Assembly (NCBI GenBank): GCA_045546315.1
Contig: JAZQCN010000036.1
Coordinates: forward strand, 108,329-172,328
Length of the DNA stretch: 64,000 bases
Direction: 5' to 3'
Source: Clostridia bacterium
GTDB taxonomy: Bacteria > Bacillota > Clostridia > UBA1381 > UMGS1253
The notes under the pieces are model-generated. The model ran no database searches and was not told where the DNA came from. It was given only the letters and a program-made list of their open reading frames with translations. Position numbers and translations under genes: made by a program. Shown piece by piece: positions 37,263 to 46,646 of the stretch; position 1 is the stretch's first letter, and each line of letters begins with the position of its first letter.

Positions 37263-37917
37263 AATATTTTGCCAATTCGTCCTTTAACGCCTCTTGATAC
37301 ACCTGCGTGTACATCTCGTAGCCAAATGCGTTATAATGCACGTTGTCAGAAAAAATGTCCTTGCTCTGCATCAGCGGATGATTGAGCACGTCTATGTAAT
37401 GACAATCCGGTGTTTTCTGCACAAATTCTTTAAGAATCGACTCTAATTTCGCTCTTACTTCTAAAAGCCCCGGCTCCTTCGACTCATCCTTTCTCGGATG
37501 CGGTCCGGGCAAATAAATATGAATACCCGGAAAATCGTGCCTTGCATAAGCAATCACGCGCTGCCCAAGTGTAAAGCACTCCTCCGGCGTATAGCCGAGA
37601 GACGCGCCGTTTCCGAAGCATTCATACACAAGCACCTTCGGCGCAAGCGGACGAATCATACGCGGATAGTAGTAAAGCTGATGCTCCGCGCAGCTCGAGC
37701 CGAAGCCGCGGTTGATGACGCACCTCTTACCGCTCTTACCCAAAAGGCACTCTGCCATCGGCTTTATGCCATATTTCGGGCCCCATCTTGTGAATATAGA
37801 CGGACCGTAAAATACAATCTGCCCCGTTACGATTTCTTCTTGTTCATATTCGCGGATTTTAGGCTCCATATACTCATCATACTGCGCAATATAATCGAAA
37901 CCAACCTTAATTTCCAT
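37261..37917 (-). CDS. SGNH/GDSL-like hydrolase (putative carbohydrate esterase)
   Basis: ORF 37261-37983. ATG at 37915-37917 (MEIKVGF..) follows AAAGGAG. Blocks: FYGPSIF (Ser), GFGSS, FGNGAS, DNVHYN (DxxH). Confidence 0.5.
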   Translation of the reverse strand: MEIKVGFDYIAQYDEYMEPKIREYEQEEIVTGQIVFYGPSIFTRWGPKYGIKPMAECLLGKSGKRCVINRGFGSSCAEHQLYYYPRMIRPLAPKVLVYECFGNGASLGYTPEECFTLGQRVIAYARHDFPGIHIYLPGPHPRKDESKEPGLLEVRAKLESILKEFVQKTPDCHYIDVLNHPLMQSKDIFSDNVHYNAFGYEMYTQVYQEALKDELAKY

Positions 37918-37933
37918 GCTTATCACTCCTTTA

Positions 37934-38204
37934 GGCGGAACCAACGAATCCGAACTTGTTTTTTGCTTTCTGTTTTCCGCCATTCCTTCGTTAAAATCCT
38001 CGCAAATACACGAGTATTTGCTGCGTTTTTGCCTTGTACTGACAAAAAACAGTTTGCAAAAAATTCATTGGAACCTGAAATTGTTTAAAATCGAGATTTT
38101 TCGAGGCGGCAGGGCGAAGGAATACGCCCGTATTTCAAGACCGACAACGCTGAAAAAGCCGATTTTCAGCAATTTCAGGCAGGTTCGGATTTGTCGGTTC
38201 CGCC
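37934..38204. repeat. about 270-bp intergenic module bounded by a 22-bp imperfect inverted repeat
   Basis: GGCGGAACCAACGAATCCGAAC (37934-37955) versus GTTCGGATTTGTCGGTTCCGCC (38183-38204), 20/22 complementary. Nested IRs lie inside (CCTGAAATTG/CAATTTCAGG; ATTCCTTCG/CGAAGGAAT). Confidence 0.6.
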
Positions 38205-38214
38205 TAATCGCAAA

Positions 38215-39378
38215 TCACATCTCAATTAAATACAGCTGCGGTTTACCCTGTTCATCTTTATCGGATGCGTAGAGAATCGAATTGTTCGACCAGCTGAAGG
38301 TCGGGTGCGGATGTGTGCTCTGCGACTCCCACGATGTTCCGTGCTTGCAAAGCACCTCCATCTTCGGCGTATCCGTTGAAATATCAATAAGCATCAAATC
38401 GTCAAGTGCATCGCCGACCAGCTTTGTGTTGTCGATATTGGCATGGTAGTGGTTGCAGTAAAACGGCACTTCCAAGTAGCGCACGATGTTGCAATCCTTA
38501 TCTGCAAAGCCAATGCACGGAATTGCACTTTCCGACTCCTCGGCAAACGCCTGCTTACGGTCAACGGTGATGGTACCGTCGTGCCCCGGGCCGCGGTTGT
38601 CAAAGAAGACAAGACCGTCGCGCGTCCAGAACTCGTGGCCTACGCTGTCCGGCGCATCCTGACGAAAACACGGCATCACGCGGCGCGTCACGGTGTTGAC
38701 CATCCAGATTCTCTGCGTAACCAGATTCCACGGTCCTTCGTGGCAATAGGACAAAAACTCGTTCGTGTCCGGCGCAAACTGCACATGTGCCACCTGGCAG
38801 GTATCGTCGACAATCGTCTCGCCGCCGCTGCCGTCCATGCAGATGACAACAATTTTACCGCGCTTCTGCTTATAATAACGCTCGTTAAAGCCGTCGTAGT
38901 TTTTACCCGAGAACTGACGATGGTAATCGACAATCTCATTGAGCGCAAACGCCACATAGCGGTTGTCAAAGCTTACATTACCGCCAAAAAATTTGAAGCC
39001 GAATGGCGCGGTGTAAAGGTGCGTTAAGTTTTCCGTACCGCGCTCGAGCTTGTATACCTTATCACCGGCAATAAACACGATGTACTTACTGTCGTTTGTC
39101 TTGGTCACAAAGCCGATATTGTCAATGCCCCACGCCGCAAAATCTGTCAGCTGTGTACGCACACCGGTTTCTAAATCCATAGCGTACAGCTCCGCTATTT
39201 TCTCCCCTTCGTTTGTATGCTTGTAAATGATTTCCTTATCCCCTAAGGTATAGGAATTCTCCGTAAAATAGAAATGTACATTGCAGCCGCTCTTTGTCAG
39301 CTGCTTAATCGTTCTTCCGCTCGTTTCATCCACAAAGGTGGTGATTTCGGACGGAAACTGTCTCCCTACATTCGACAT
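38215..39378 (-). CDS. oligogalacturonate-lyase-like (PL22-like) beta-propeller protein, paralog 1
   Basis: ORF 38215-39393. ATG at 39376-39378 follows GGAGG. No signal peptide. N-terminus and size resemble Ogl. YCNHYHAN metal-site-like motif. Collinear with 51313-52512. Confidence 0.6.
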   Translation of the reverse strand: MSNVGRQFPSEITTFVDETSGRTIKQLTKSGCNVHFYFTENSYTLGDKEIIYKHTNEGEKIAELYAMDLETGVRTQLTDFAAWGIDNIGFVTKTNDSKYIVFIAGDKVYKLERGTENLTHLYTAPFGFKFFGGNVSFDNRYVAFALNEIVDYHRQFSGKNYDGFNERYYKQKRGKIVVICMDGSGGETIVDDTCQVAHVQFAPDTNEFLSYCHEGPWNLVTQRIWMVNTVTRRVMPCFRQDAPDSVGHEFWTRDGLVFFDNRGPGHDGTITVDRKQAFAEESESAIPCIGFADKDCNIVRYLEVPFYCNHYHANIDNTKLVGDALDDLMLIDISTDTPKMEVLCKHGTSWESQSTHPHPTFSWSNNSILYASDKDEQGKPQLYLIEM

Positions 39379-39396
39379 GCTGTCGCCTCCCAAAAA

Positions 39397-42300
39397 TTAT
39401 TTACAAGTCAGCGTAACGGATGCTTCCACCTTGGCATACTTTCCTTCGTAGGTTGCGGCAATCGTAGTATCACCCTTACCGACAAAGGTCACAACGCCGT
39501 TTGCGTCTACCGTTGCAACCGCCGGATTGGAGCTGGTAAATACAACGCCGCCCGCCAAAACCTCTTCGCCCTTGCCGTTATACGCTTTCAGCACAAGCGC
39601 CTTGGTTTCGCCGACGCTGCCGTTTACGCTGTTGCCCGCAAAGTAAATCGGCCAATACTGCATATCGGTTTCCATCTGTTCTTTGGAAGTATAGAAGCAA
39701 ACCTCGGTATAGCTGTTGTAGCTGCCTCCGTTTGCATCGCCCTGACCGTTGATGCGGAAATACTTCGCTGTCTTACCGCCCAGTTCAAAGATTTCCGGCA
39801 TATTGGTCGTACCGCTGGTTCTGGTATCAAGCACCTGCTCCCAGTTTATGCCGTCTACGGAAACCTCGGCGTTAAAGATAAAGCTTCTCGGACCCGAGGC
39901 TGTACCTAAACCTGCAAGACCGAACGCATACAGGCTGACCGGCTCTGCAAATTCATAGCAAATCCACGCAGGCTTTGCCGCAGACCAACGATTCACCAGC
40001 TCATCGGAAATGATGTTATCCACCGTACCGAATTCCACATATTTGTCGTGACCTGCGGAGAAGGTGACATGCGCTACGCTCTGACGGCTCAGCTCCGCCG
40101 GCACACCGCTCAAGCTTGCACTCAATTTCAGCTCAGTGATGTTGTTCGGGCTGTTTGTGCCCTCCTGCCCTGCAAACTTATCCGTTACAAATGTAATTGT
40201 ATACGATTTTTCGCCGATTGTAAAGCTTGCTGTGTTTCCGTTTTGTACAACCGGTGCACCGCTTGCCAGCGTTACGGTCGGGATATTGCCGTCCGTCAGC
40301 ACGGTATAATCGGTTTTATCCGTTGTAAAGCTCTTCATTTCCGCACCGTTTAAGAGCACACGCTCGGAAAGCAGGGAAATGATGTTTACCTTTTCTGCCT
40401 CGGTATATTCTACTGCGCTGTCCGAGATAACAATCAAGCCGCGGTCATCCCACAAAACCTTTTTGCCGAGTGCCTCTACGAGCGCGCGGAGCGGAATGAG
40501 CGTTCTGCTGTTATAGGTCTGCGCCGGCACATCCAGAATTCTCTCTTCGCCGTTAACCAGCATCTTATCCGAGCCAATCTGCAGCTGAATCGTCGTATTG
40601 CCCTTGGTTACCGATACGGTCTGCGACGGCTCATACCAACTAACCTGCGCATCAAAGCTTTCGGAAATAAAGCGTACCGGCACGAGTGTTCTGCCGTTAT
40701 CGGTAAACGGATATACATCCATATTCGCCGTGTCGACATAGGTTCTGTAGCCCTTATCGAGTACAACCGGGCTGTTTAAGAAAAGTGCTACCGTATTGCC
40801 TGCCTGACGTGCGGTGGAAATCGCGTTGTCCGAAACAGACCAAGTGTCCATTTTCGTCACCGGTGTAAGTGTTTCCGGTGCTGCTTCGCCTTCTTTAAGC
40901 GGTACAAATTCAACCGCAAGTGTCATCTCTGTCACATTCGTCATATGGATGGCAAGCTTATAAATATCCTGATACACTTCATCCGGTGCTGTCGGGGAAG
41001 TCGGCAGCGGTCTTGCCGCCATGATCTCAAAGGTTGCATCGGCAGGACCTTCGGTAATGGCAGCATACATTCTTTCGTTGCCGACCGTAAGCAGCGCACT
41101 CTTTTTATCTGCAGAGAGCGTGATGTCGCCGGTTGCATGTGCAAACCACCAAAGCTCGGACGGCTTTTTCATCGTTACCTCATCCTGTAAAACGATGCTG
41201 TTTCTGCCCTTGGTTATATACATACCGCGCTTTGCGGATGCAAAGTCATAGCTTGTCTGCGTCATATCCAGAATGGAGAATGCCTCATTTTCCGCTTCCT
41301 CGTGACGGATAAACTTTGCATATGCCGTTTCCACCTGATCCCAGCCCTTGCCCGGATTTACAATCAAAGTATTCTGACCTTCCGCGCGCTTTTGGTAATA
41401 CATATTTGCATCATAGAGCGAGGAATAATCGGAACGGCCAAGTGTGCGGATAAAACGCTGTCCGTTGGCATCAATTACAAATGTACCCAACGACTTAAAC
41501 ATATGACCGGTGCCGTTATAACCGCCCTGCATTGCCGCATAAAGCGCATTGTCATCCGTCCATGAGGAGCGGAAGGTGGCAACCTGTGCATCGTCCTTGG
41601 CATCAAAGGTTTTATCAAGCGGTGTATCGCCTACATCCGAGCTCATATTCACATCCTTATAAAGTAATGCAAAATACGGATAGTTGACACCGCTCCTTTT
41701 GTCCAGAGCCCAGTTGTAGAGCGGCTTATTATAGCGCGCTGCCAGCCAATACGGTGTCGGGTCACCTTCAATGGTGTCGGATGCATCACCAAAGTTAAAG
41801 TTCTTTTTCGGACCGGCAGTATATACCCAGTAGTCGCCCATATTTTCAACCACCGGATTGTCGAAAAACCAGGTAATCGCCTCCGGCTTTTCAAATTCCG
41901 GCTTAAATGCACTTTCAAGCTGTGCGAGCATATACACCATATACTCCGTTGCAAGACCCCAGTAGGATGAACCCTCCGGGAAGCCGCCGTCTGCGCCGAA
42001 GGCCTCAACCGGCTGTCTGCCGTGCTTGAGGGCATAGGTCAGCAAGTACTCCGCAAGCTGCGGCTCTTCATCGGCAATCGCAAGTGCAATGCCTGCCGCA
42101 GAGGTATTGGCAATCATAGTACGGTTCGAGGTACCCTTTGCAATTTCAACAGAAATTACACCGTCATACGAACGCACAAACTGCCAGAGTGCCTGCTTCT
42201 TTAAAATATCAATAATTTCTGTTCTTTCCTCCGGCGTGAGTGCATCGTAGCACCAATCGTAGAAGCACGCCACGCCGTACATCAGCTCCGACGGAATCAT

Positions 42301-43977
42301 CGGCGCAACATTCGACCAATCCGGGAAGGTGCCCGCATTGCGGATTTCTTTAAGACCGCGCTCGACATACTTTCTGTCCTGCTCGACGAGGTAAGTAAAG
42401 CCGAGCATCATCATGCGGCGCTCGATGCTTCTTGCCGCACTCAAAATATTTCTGCCGTTTGCAAAGGTGTACGTTTCACAAGGTGTAGTCAAAAGCAAAT
42501 CTGCATTGTCCTTGGTTTCTGCATACCAAATCGCGCACTGCTCATCTGTCGCAATTTTATCCGTTACTTCCGTTCTGCTGTTGATAAACAATCTCGGATG
42601 TGCATTTAAGTTCGACACGTAGCTCTTCTCCGTTACCGGCTCGCCGATTTTTGCCCAGTTTGTACCGGTTGAGCCGTAATACTTTGCATCGCCGAAATCC
42701 GGTGCCGCATCGCTGTAAATGATAAAGTTATCCAGCAAAATGGTGTCGCCCGGCTGCAGCACCGGGAAAATGCGCATCTGCACCTCGGAATAGCTTTCTA
42801 CTTCTTTACTGAACGAAACGCTGTCCACTTCCTTGCCGTTTAAATAAGCAACAACGCTCTTTTTGTTAAAATCAAACACAGCCTTGATGTGGTCCCAAAC
42901 CTGCGTTCCGCTCGGCACAAAACCATTCTTTGCTGCGGCAAAGTTCGTGCCTGCCGCATCCTGAAGATAGATTGTCATCGAGCTTTGCGAGCCCTTGGTA
43001 AACTGTGCATAAAATTCCACCGTCAGCGTCGTCGGCTTTTCGCCGAGCGTCAGATTCTTTTCAAAGCGCGGTGTCTTTTGTACCCTTTCCAGATTGGTTG
43101 CGCGAATGACCTTTTCCTTATCCAGTAGAACCGGCTTAATATAGTCCGATGTACTGATTTTTGAAAAGTTTGCTTCACTGCCCGTCGGGACATAGCTATC
43201 GCCATTTAAGGAACAATCGTATGTAAACAAGGTATACTTGCCCGCCGGTACGGAAAGTGCCGGTGCAGGCGTCTTATCAAACACCGCCATAATTTCCTCC
43301 GGTGTCACAATTTTTTCTTCCTTCTCGCCACCGCCCAGAATATCCTCGGCGGTCACATTATCTGTCGTGGAAAATACAATATCGTCGACAAAAGCTTCTT
43401 CCCCTGCACCGATGGTCGACGTAAAACGGATTTGCACCTCGGTCGTATCCAAAGCCTTGAATGCTTTGCCTTCCGAGCTCAATTCCCCATTAACATACAC
43501 ATCGAAGGTGCCGGCTTTAAAGTCCATCACAATCTTGTACGAATTCCACTCGCCCTTCGTGTCGCCGTTTACCAGGGTTGTGCCCGTGCCGCCCATGTAG
43601 GCAACCGACGCAAACTTACAGCCCTCCGATTTCGCGCGGTAGGTCAGCGTCAAATTCGTCAGCGCCGAAAAGTCAAAATGCTTTTCAAAGCGCGGACCGT
43701 TCGTGCCCTCGGTATTGGTGTTGGTAAAGCGCATCACCATACCGGTTTCATCCTTGTAACCGGCAATTTTCGTCGTTGCCGCGTTGGACTGCTTTGTCCA
43801 TGCAAGGCTGTCCTTGCTGCTGGTCGCAAGGGGCTGTCCGTCGGAATAGCTTTCAAAATCGTCCGAAAACAAAATGTTGCCTTCCGTACTTGCGTTGTCT
43901 TTTGCCGCAAACACATTTGTGATGCCGCAACCAAGCAGCATGCAGATGCTCAAAAGCAAGCAAATTCCTTTTTTCAT
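39397..43977 (-). CDS. large secreted multidomain polysaccharide lyase (DUF4962/heparinase II/III-like core)
   Basis: 1526 aa. Signal/lipobox-like MKKGICLLLSICMLLGCGITNVFA. Two ConA/LamG-like N-terminal modules (..FVDDIVFS, ..LLDNFIIYSD). HPRLFINSRTEVTDKI and QNTLIVNPGKGWDQ (heparinase II/III-like). Cu-amine-oxidase-N-like insert GRTLVPVRFISESFDAQVSW / SRTLIPLRALVEALGKKVLW. Discoidin-like region. C-terminal Big_2 FTSSNPAVATVDANGVVTFVGKGDTTIAATY. Confidence 0.6.
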   Translation of the reverse strand: MKKGICLLLSICMLLGCGITNVFAAKDNASTEGNILFSDDFESYSDGQPLATSSKDSLAWTKQSNAATTKIAGYKDETGMVMRFTNTNTEGTNGPRFEKHFDFSALTNLTLTYRAKSEGCKFASVAYMGGTGTTLVNGDTKGEWNSYKIVMDFKAGTFDVYVNGELSSEGKAFKALDTTEVQIRFTSTIGAGEEAFVDDIVFSTTDNVTAEDILGGGEKEEKIVTPEEIMAVFDKTPAPALSVPAGKYTLFTYDCSLNGDSYVPTGSEANFSKISTSDYIKPVLLDKEKVIRATNLERVQKTPRFEKNLTLGEKPTTLTVEFYAQFTKGSQSSMTIYLQDAAGTNFAAAKNGFVPSGTQVWDHIKAVFDFNKKSVVAYLNGKEVDSVSFSKEVESYSEVQMRIFPVLQPGDTILLDNFIIYSDAAPDFGDAKYYGSTGTNWAKIGEPVTEKSYVSNLNAHPRLFINSRTEVTDKIATDEQCAIWYAETKDNADLLLTTPCETYTFANGRNILSAARSIERRMMMLGFTYLVEQDRKYVERGLKEIRNAGTFPDWSNVAPMIPSELMYGVACFYDWCYDALTPEERTEIIDILKKQALWQFVRSYDGVISVEIAKGTSNRTMIANTSAAGIALAIADEEPQLAEYLLTYALKHGRQPVEAFGADGGFPEGSSYWGLATEYMVYMLAQLESAFKPEFEKPEAITWFFDNPVVENMGDYWVYTAGPKKNFNFGDASDTIEGDPTPYWLAARYNKPLYNWALDKRSGVNYPYFALLYKDVNMSSDVGDTPLDKTFDAKDDAQVATFRSSWTDDNALYAAMQGGYNGTGHMFKSLGTFVIDANGQRFIRTLGRSDYSSLYDANMYYQKRAEGQNTLIVNPGKGWDQVETAYAKFIRHEEAENEAFSILDMTQTSYDFASAKRGMYITKGRNSIVLQDEVTMKKPSELWWFAHATGDITLSADKKSALLTVGNERMYAAITEGPADATFEIMAARPLPTSPTAPDEVYQDIYKLAIHMTNVTEMTLAVEFVPLKEGEAAPETLTPVTKMDTWSVSDNAISTARQAGNTVALFLNSPVVLDKGYRTYVDTANMDVYPFTDNGRTLVPVRFISESFDAQVSWYEPSQTVSVTKGNTTIQLQIGSDKMLVNGEERILDVPAQTYNSRTLIPLRALVEALGKKVLWDDRGLIVISDSAVEYTEAEKVNIISLLSERVLLNGAEMKSFTTDKTDYTVLTDGNIPTVTLASGAPVVQNGNTASFTIGEKSYTITFVTDKFAGQEGTNSPNNITELKLSASLSGVPAELSRQSVAHVTFSAGHDKYVEFGTVDNIISDELVNRWSAAKPAWICYEFAEPVSLYAFGLAGLGTASGPRSFIFNAEVSVDGINWEQVLDTRTSGTTNMPEIFELGGKTAKYFRINGQGDANGGSYNSYTEVCFYTSKEQMETDMQYWPIYFAGNSVNGSVGETKALVLKAYNGKGEEVLAGGVVFTSSNPAVATVDANGVVTFVGKGDTTIAATYEGKYAKVEASVTLTCK

Positions 43978-44067
43978 AGTATCCTCTCCTTTTATGTTTA
44001 TTAAATTTGTATATTCTGATTGAATGCATTAAAACGGAAATAATGCCTTTTCTCGCGACGTAGCTCT

Positions 44068-45639
44068 TCAGTTCAGCTGAATATCAATAGGCAATTTGCC
44101 TTTTGGTTCGAATTCACCGGTTAAAACCTCAAGAGGGTATTTCATATCCACAGGTCCTAAGCTGTAAATGACTCTCGGGAAATGCGGCGCTTTTTCTATG
44201 GAATACGGGTTTCCGAAATGGACAATCGTTGAAAGCTTAGACTGCATTGCTGCCATAAGATTGGTTATCTTTTCGGTCAGATTTTCACTACCTGCGTATG
44301 CACCGACTTCGGCAAAGGTTATAAAGTGAACTTCATCCACCTTTGTGCTTTCAAAGCAAACATTTTCAATCTGCTTTTTGTTCGGAAACACATTGATTGC
44401 CACACAGTTAGCATCAGGAAACTTTTCTTTGATTTCATCAATGATTTTATTCGCTGCAGCCCAGGAGCCTCCGGTTTTTTCCGTCCATTCTCTTACTTCG
44501 TAATTTGAATCGTCGTATAGATTTTCTGCCAAAACAACAAACAAGCGTTTCTTGCCGGCTTCGAGCTTTGCGGAAACATTTTCGTCTTTTATAAGACAAA
44601 TGCCTTCACGCCAAACCCTTTCGATACACTGTTTCTGATACTCCGAAATTTCAGTTGCGGTTGCAGGCTTCATGGTGGAGTTCTGTGCCCGAATCACTCT
44701 TGCTACGGCTTCGTTTAATCGCTCTTCGGTAAAAGCACCGTTTTTATATGAATTCAGAAGATATTCATATGAGGTTTTAAAGGGAACACGATAATTCGGC
44801 AGAACCATATCTATTCCTGCAGCGATTGCGATTCCGTAGCACTTATCTTCGCTGTGCTTCTGCAAAATCCCCATCATTGCAAAGGAATCGGTTAATATGA
44901 GTCCGTCAAAGCCCTGATTTCTTAATATGGACAGAAGCTTTTTAGACATACTCGCGGGATAAACAGGATCAATTTTAGGATAAACAACATGCTTTGTCAT
45001 AATGCCGGGAAGATTTGCTTCTTTCATTGCATTTGCATACGGAACCATATCAACATCAAGGATATCTTTTTCCGTAAGCATCGATAATCCTTCTTCCATA
45101 TGGGTATCCACTGTTATATCTCTTCCGCCGGGAAAATGCTTTGCAGTTGCAAACATTCCGTTATCCAGGTACCCTTTCAGCACCGCAGTTGTAATTTTAG
45201 CAACATAATTTTCATCACTTCCGCAGGTTCTGATAACGCGGCTGCGCGCATTGCCCATAACCATATCAACATTGGGTGCCCAGACTGTATTATAGCCTAA
45301 TTTTTTAGCTTCAATCGCTGTTATGCAACCATGCTGATATGCAATCTCTTCATCGTTTAAAGATGCCAGCGCCATCATGGAAGGAATCTTGTATTTACTC
45401 ATAGGAAATCCGGTTTCCATATCGCTGCATATAAGCACCGGATATCCTGCATGCGCATTTATTCTTTTAATTTCTTCAGCATTTCCGTTGACACATGGAA
45501 CCTGAACGGCACCTATGCTTTTTTTCTCAAGCATTTCATAAACAAAATTACGGTCCTCTTCATCGAGGTAACCTCTTACACAGAGAAGCTGCCCTATCTT
45601 TTGTTCGACTGTAAGTTCACGAATATTAAGCTCTTTCAT
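44068..45639 (-). CDS. glycoside hydrolase family 3 protein (cytoplasmic)
   Basis: ORF 44068-45693. ATG at 45637-45639 is preferred (MKELNIRELTVEQKIGQLL). KHFPGGRD motif. No signal peptide. Confidence 0.7.
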   Translation of the reverse strand: MKELNIRELTVEQKIGQLLCVRGYLDEEDRNFVYEMLEKKSIGAVQVPCVNGNAEEIKRINAHAGYPVLICSDMETGFPMSKYKIPSMMALASLNDEEIAYQHGCITAIEAKKLGYNTVWAPNVDMVMGNARSRVIRTCGSDENYVAKITTAVLKGYLDNGMFATAKHFPGGRDITVDTHMEEGLSMLTEKDILDVDMVPYANAMKEANLPGIMTKHVVYPKIDPVYPASMSKKLLSILRNQGFDGLILTDSFAMMGILQKHSEDKCYGIAIAAGIDMVLPNYRVPFKTSYEYLLNSYKNGAFTEERLNEAVARVIRAQNSTMKPATATEISEYQKQCIERVWREGICLIKDENVSAKLEAGKKRLFVVLAENLYDDSNYEVREWTEKTGGSWAAANKIIDEIKEKFPDANCVAINVFPNKKQIENVCFESTKVDEVHFITFAEVGAYAGSENLTEKITNLMAAMQSKLSTIVHFGNPYSIEKAPHFPRVIYSLGPVDMKYPLEVLTGEFEPKGKLPIDIQLN

Positions 45640-45698
45640 TTTGATGTACCTCTTTAATATTCTTAAAAAGTTCCAGCTATTTTTACTCTGCACTACCC

Positions 45699-45727
45699 TT
45701 GACAGATATATTTGCTCATGCTATACT
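45699..45727 (+). promoter_or_regulatory. promoter candidate for the AraC regulator 45808-46638
   Basis: TTGACA (45699-45704), 17 nt, TGcTATACT (45719-45727). Confidence 0.5.
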
Positions 45728-45732
45728 TTCAT

Positions 45733-45777
45733 TATACAGCAATATTTACCCAGCTTCAATGGTTATATTGCTGTATA
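45733..45777. promoter_or_regulatory. 13-bp perfect inverted repeat (operator or 5'-UTR hairpin candidate)
   Basis: TATACAGCAATAT (45733-45745), 19 nt, ATATTGCTGTATA (45765-45777). A related half-site ATTATACAGAAGCAATTTT lies at 50113-50131. Confidence 0.5.
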
Positions 45778-45807
45778 CATTGAAAATATTGCGCAGAGGT
45801 GAGAAAG

Positions 45808-46638
45808 ATGCTACCGCAAAAACCATTTGTAGACTTGAACTTTTCACTCAAAAACGGATACAAGGTATATACAAGTGAAACAAGCACCGCGCAAAATACA
45901 CATACGCATCATCACGATTCTTACGAAATCTATATGCTTTTAAACAGCCGTGTCGATTTTTTTGCCGACGGTGCCATGTATCCGCTCAACCCCAAAGAGC
46001 TGATTGCCGTACGCGGCGCATCGCCGCACGGGCGGCTCACCGTACACAACGGCAGTGCAGAATATATGGTCATTTTGCTCAACGAAGACTTTTTTGTGCA
46101 AAACGGCTGTACGCAGTATGAGGAAATCTTTTATCCGCACGCGCGCGGCGACCGCAAAATCAGCGCCGCCACCTGTGAAAACAGCGGACTTTATGACGTA
46201 TATACGCGCTTGAAAAAATACACCAACAATTTTACGGACACCGATAATGTCATTACAAGGACGCTTTTGATTGAGTTTTTGCATGTCTTAAATACAGAAA
46301 CGCACTTTTCCAAAACCTACATCTCCAATCCGCAGGTAGAAAAGATTTTAACCTATATCGACGAAAATTTAAGCAAAAAGCTTACCTTAGACGAGCTTGC
46401 GGAGCACGCATTTTTGTCGAAATACCATATGTGCCGCCTGTTTAAAAAATATGTCGGCTGTACAATTAACCAGTACATCACCGCCAAGCGCATTGAGCGT
46501 ACAAGCGCGCTTGCACAGGAAAAGAAAAGCTTGACCGCCGCCTGCGCCGAAGCCGGCTTTTCGGATTATTCCGCTTTTTACAAAGCCTTTAAGCGCGAGC
46601 ACGATACGCAGCCGAAAATCCTTTTGAAAAAGAAATAA
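45808..46638 (+). CDS. AraC-family transcriptional regulator (cupin sensor plus HTH)
   Basis: ORF 45799-46638. ATG 45808 follows AGAGGTGA. C-terminal HTH LSKYHMCRLFKKYVGCTINQYI. Confidence 0.8.
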   Translation: MLPQKPFVDLNFSLKNGYKVYTSETSTAQNTHTHHHDSYEIYMLLNSRVDFFADGAMYPLNPKELIAVRGASPHGRLTVHNGSAEYMVILLNEDFFVQNGCTQYEEIFYPHARGDRKISAATCENSGLYDVYTRLKKYTNNFTDTDNVITRTLLIEFLHVLNTETHFSKTYISNPQVEKILTYIDENLSKKLTLDELAEHAFLSKYHMCRLFKKYVGCTINQYITAKRIERTSALAQEKKSLTAACAEAGFSDYSAFYKAFKREHDTQPKILLKKK

Positions 46639-46646
46639 AAGCCTTC

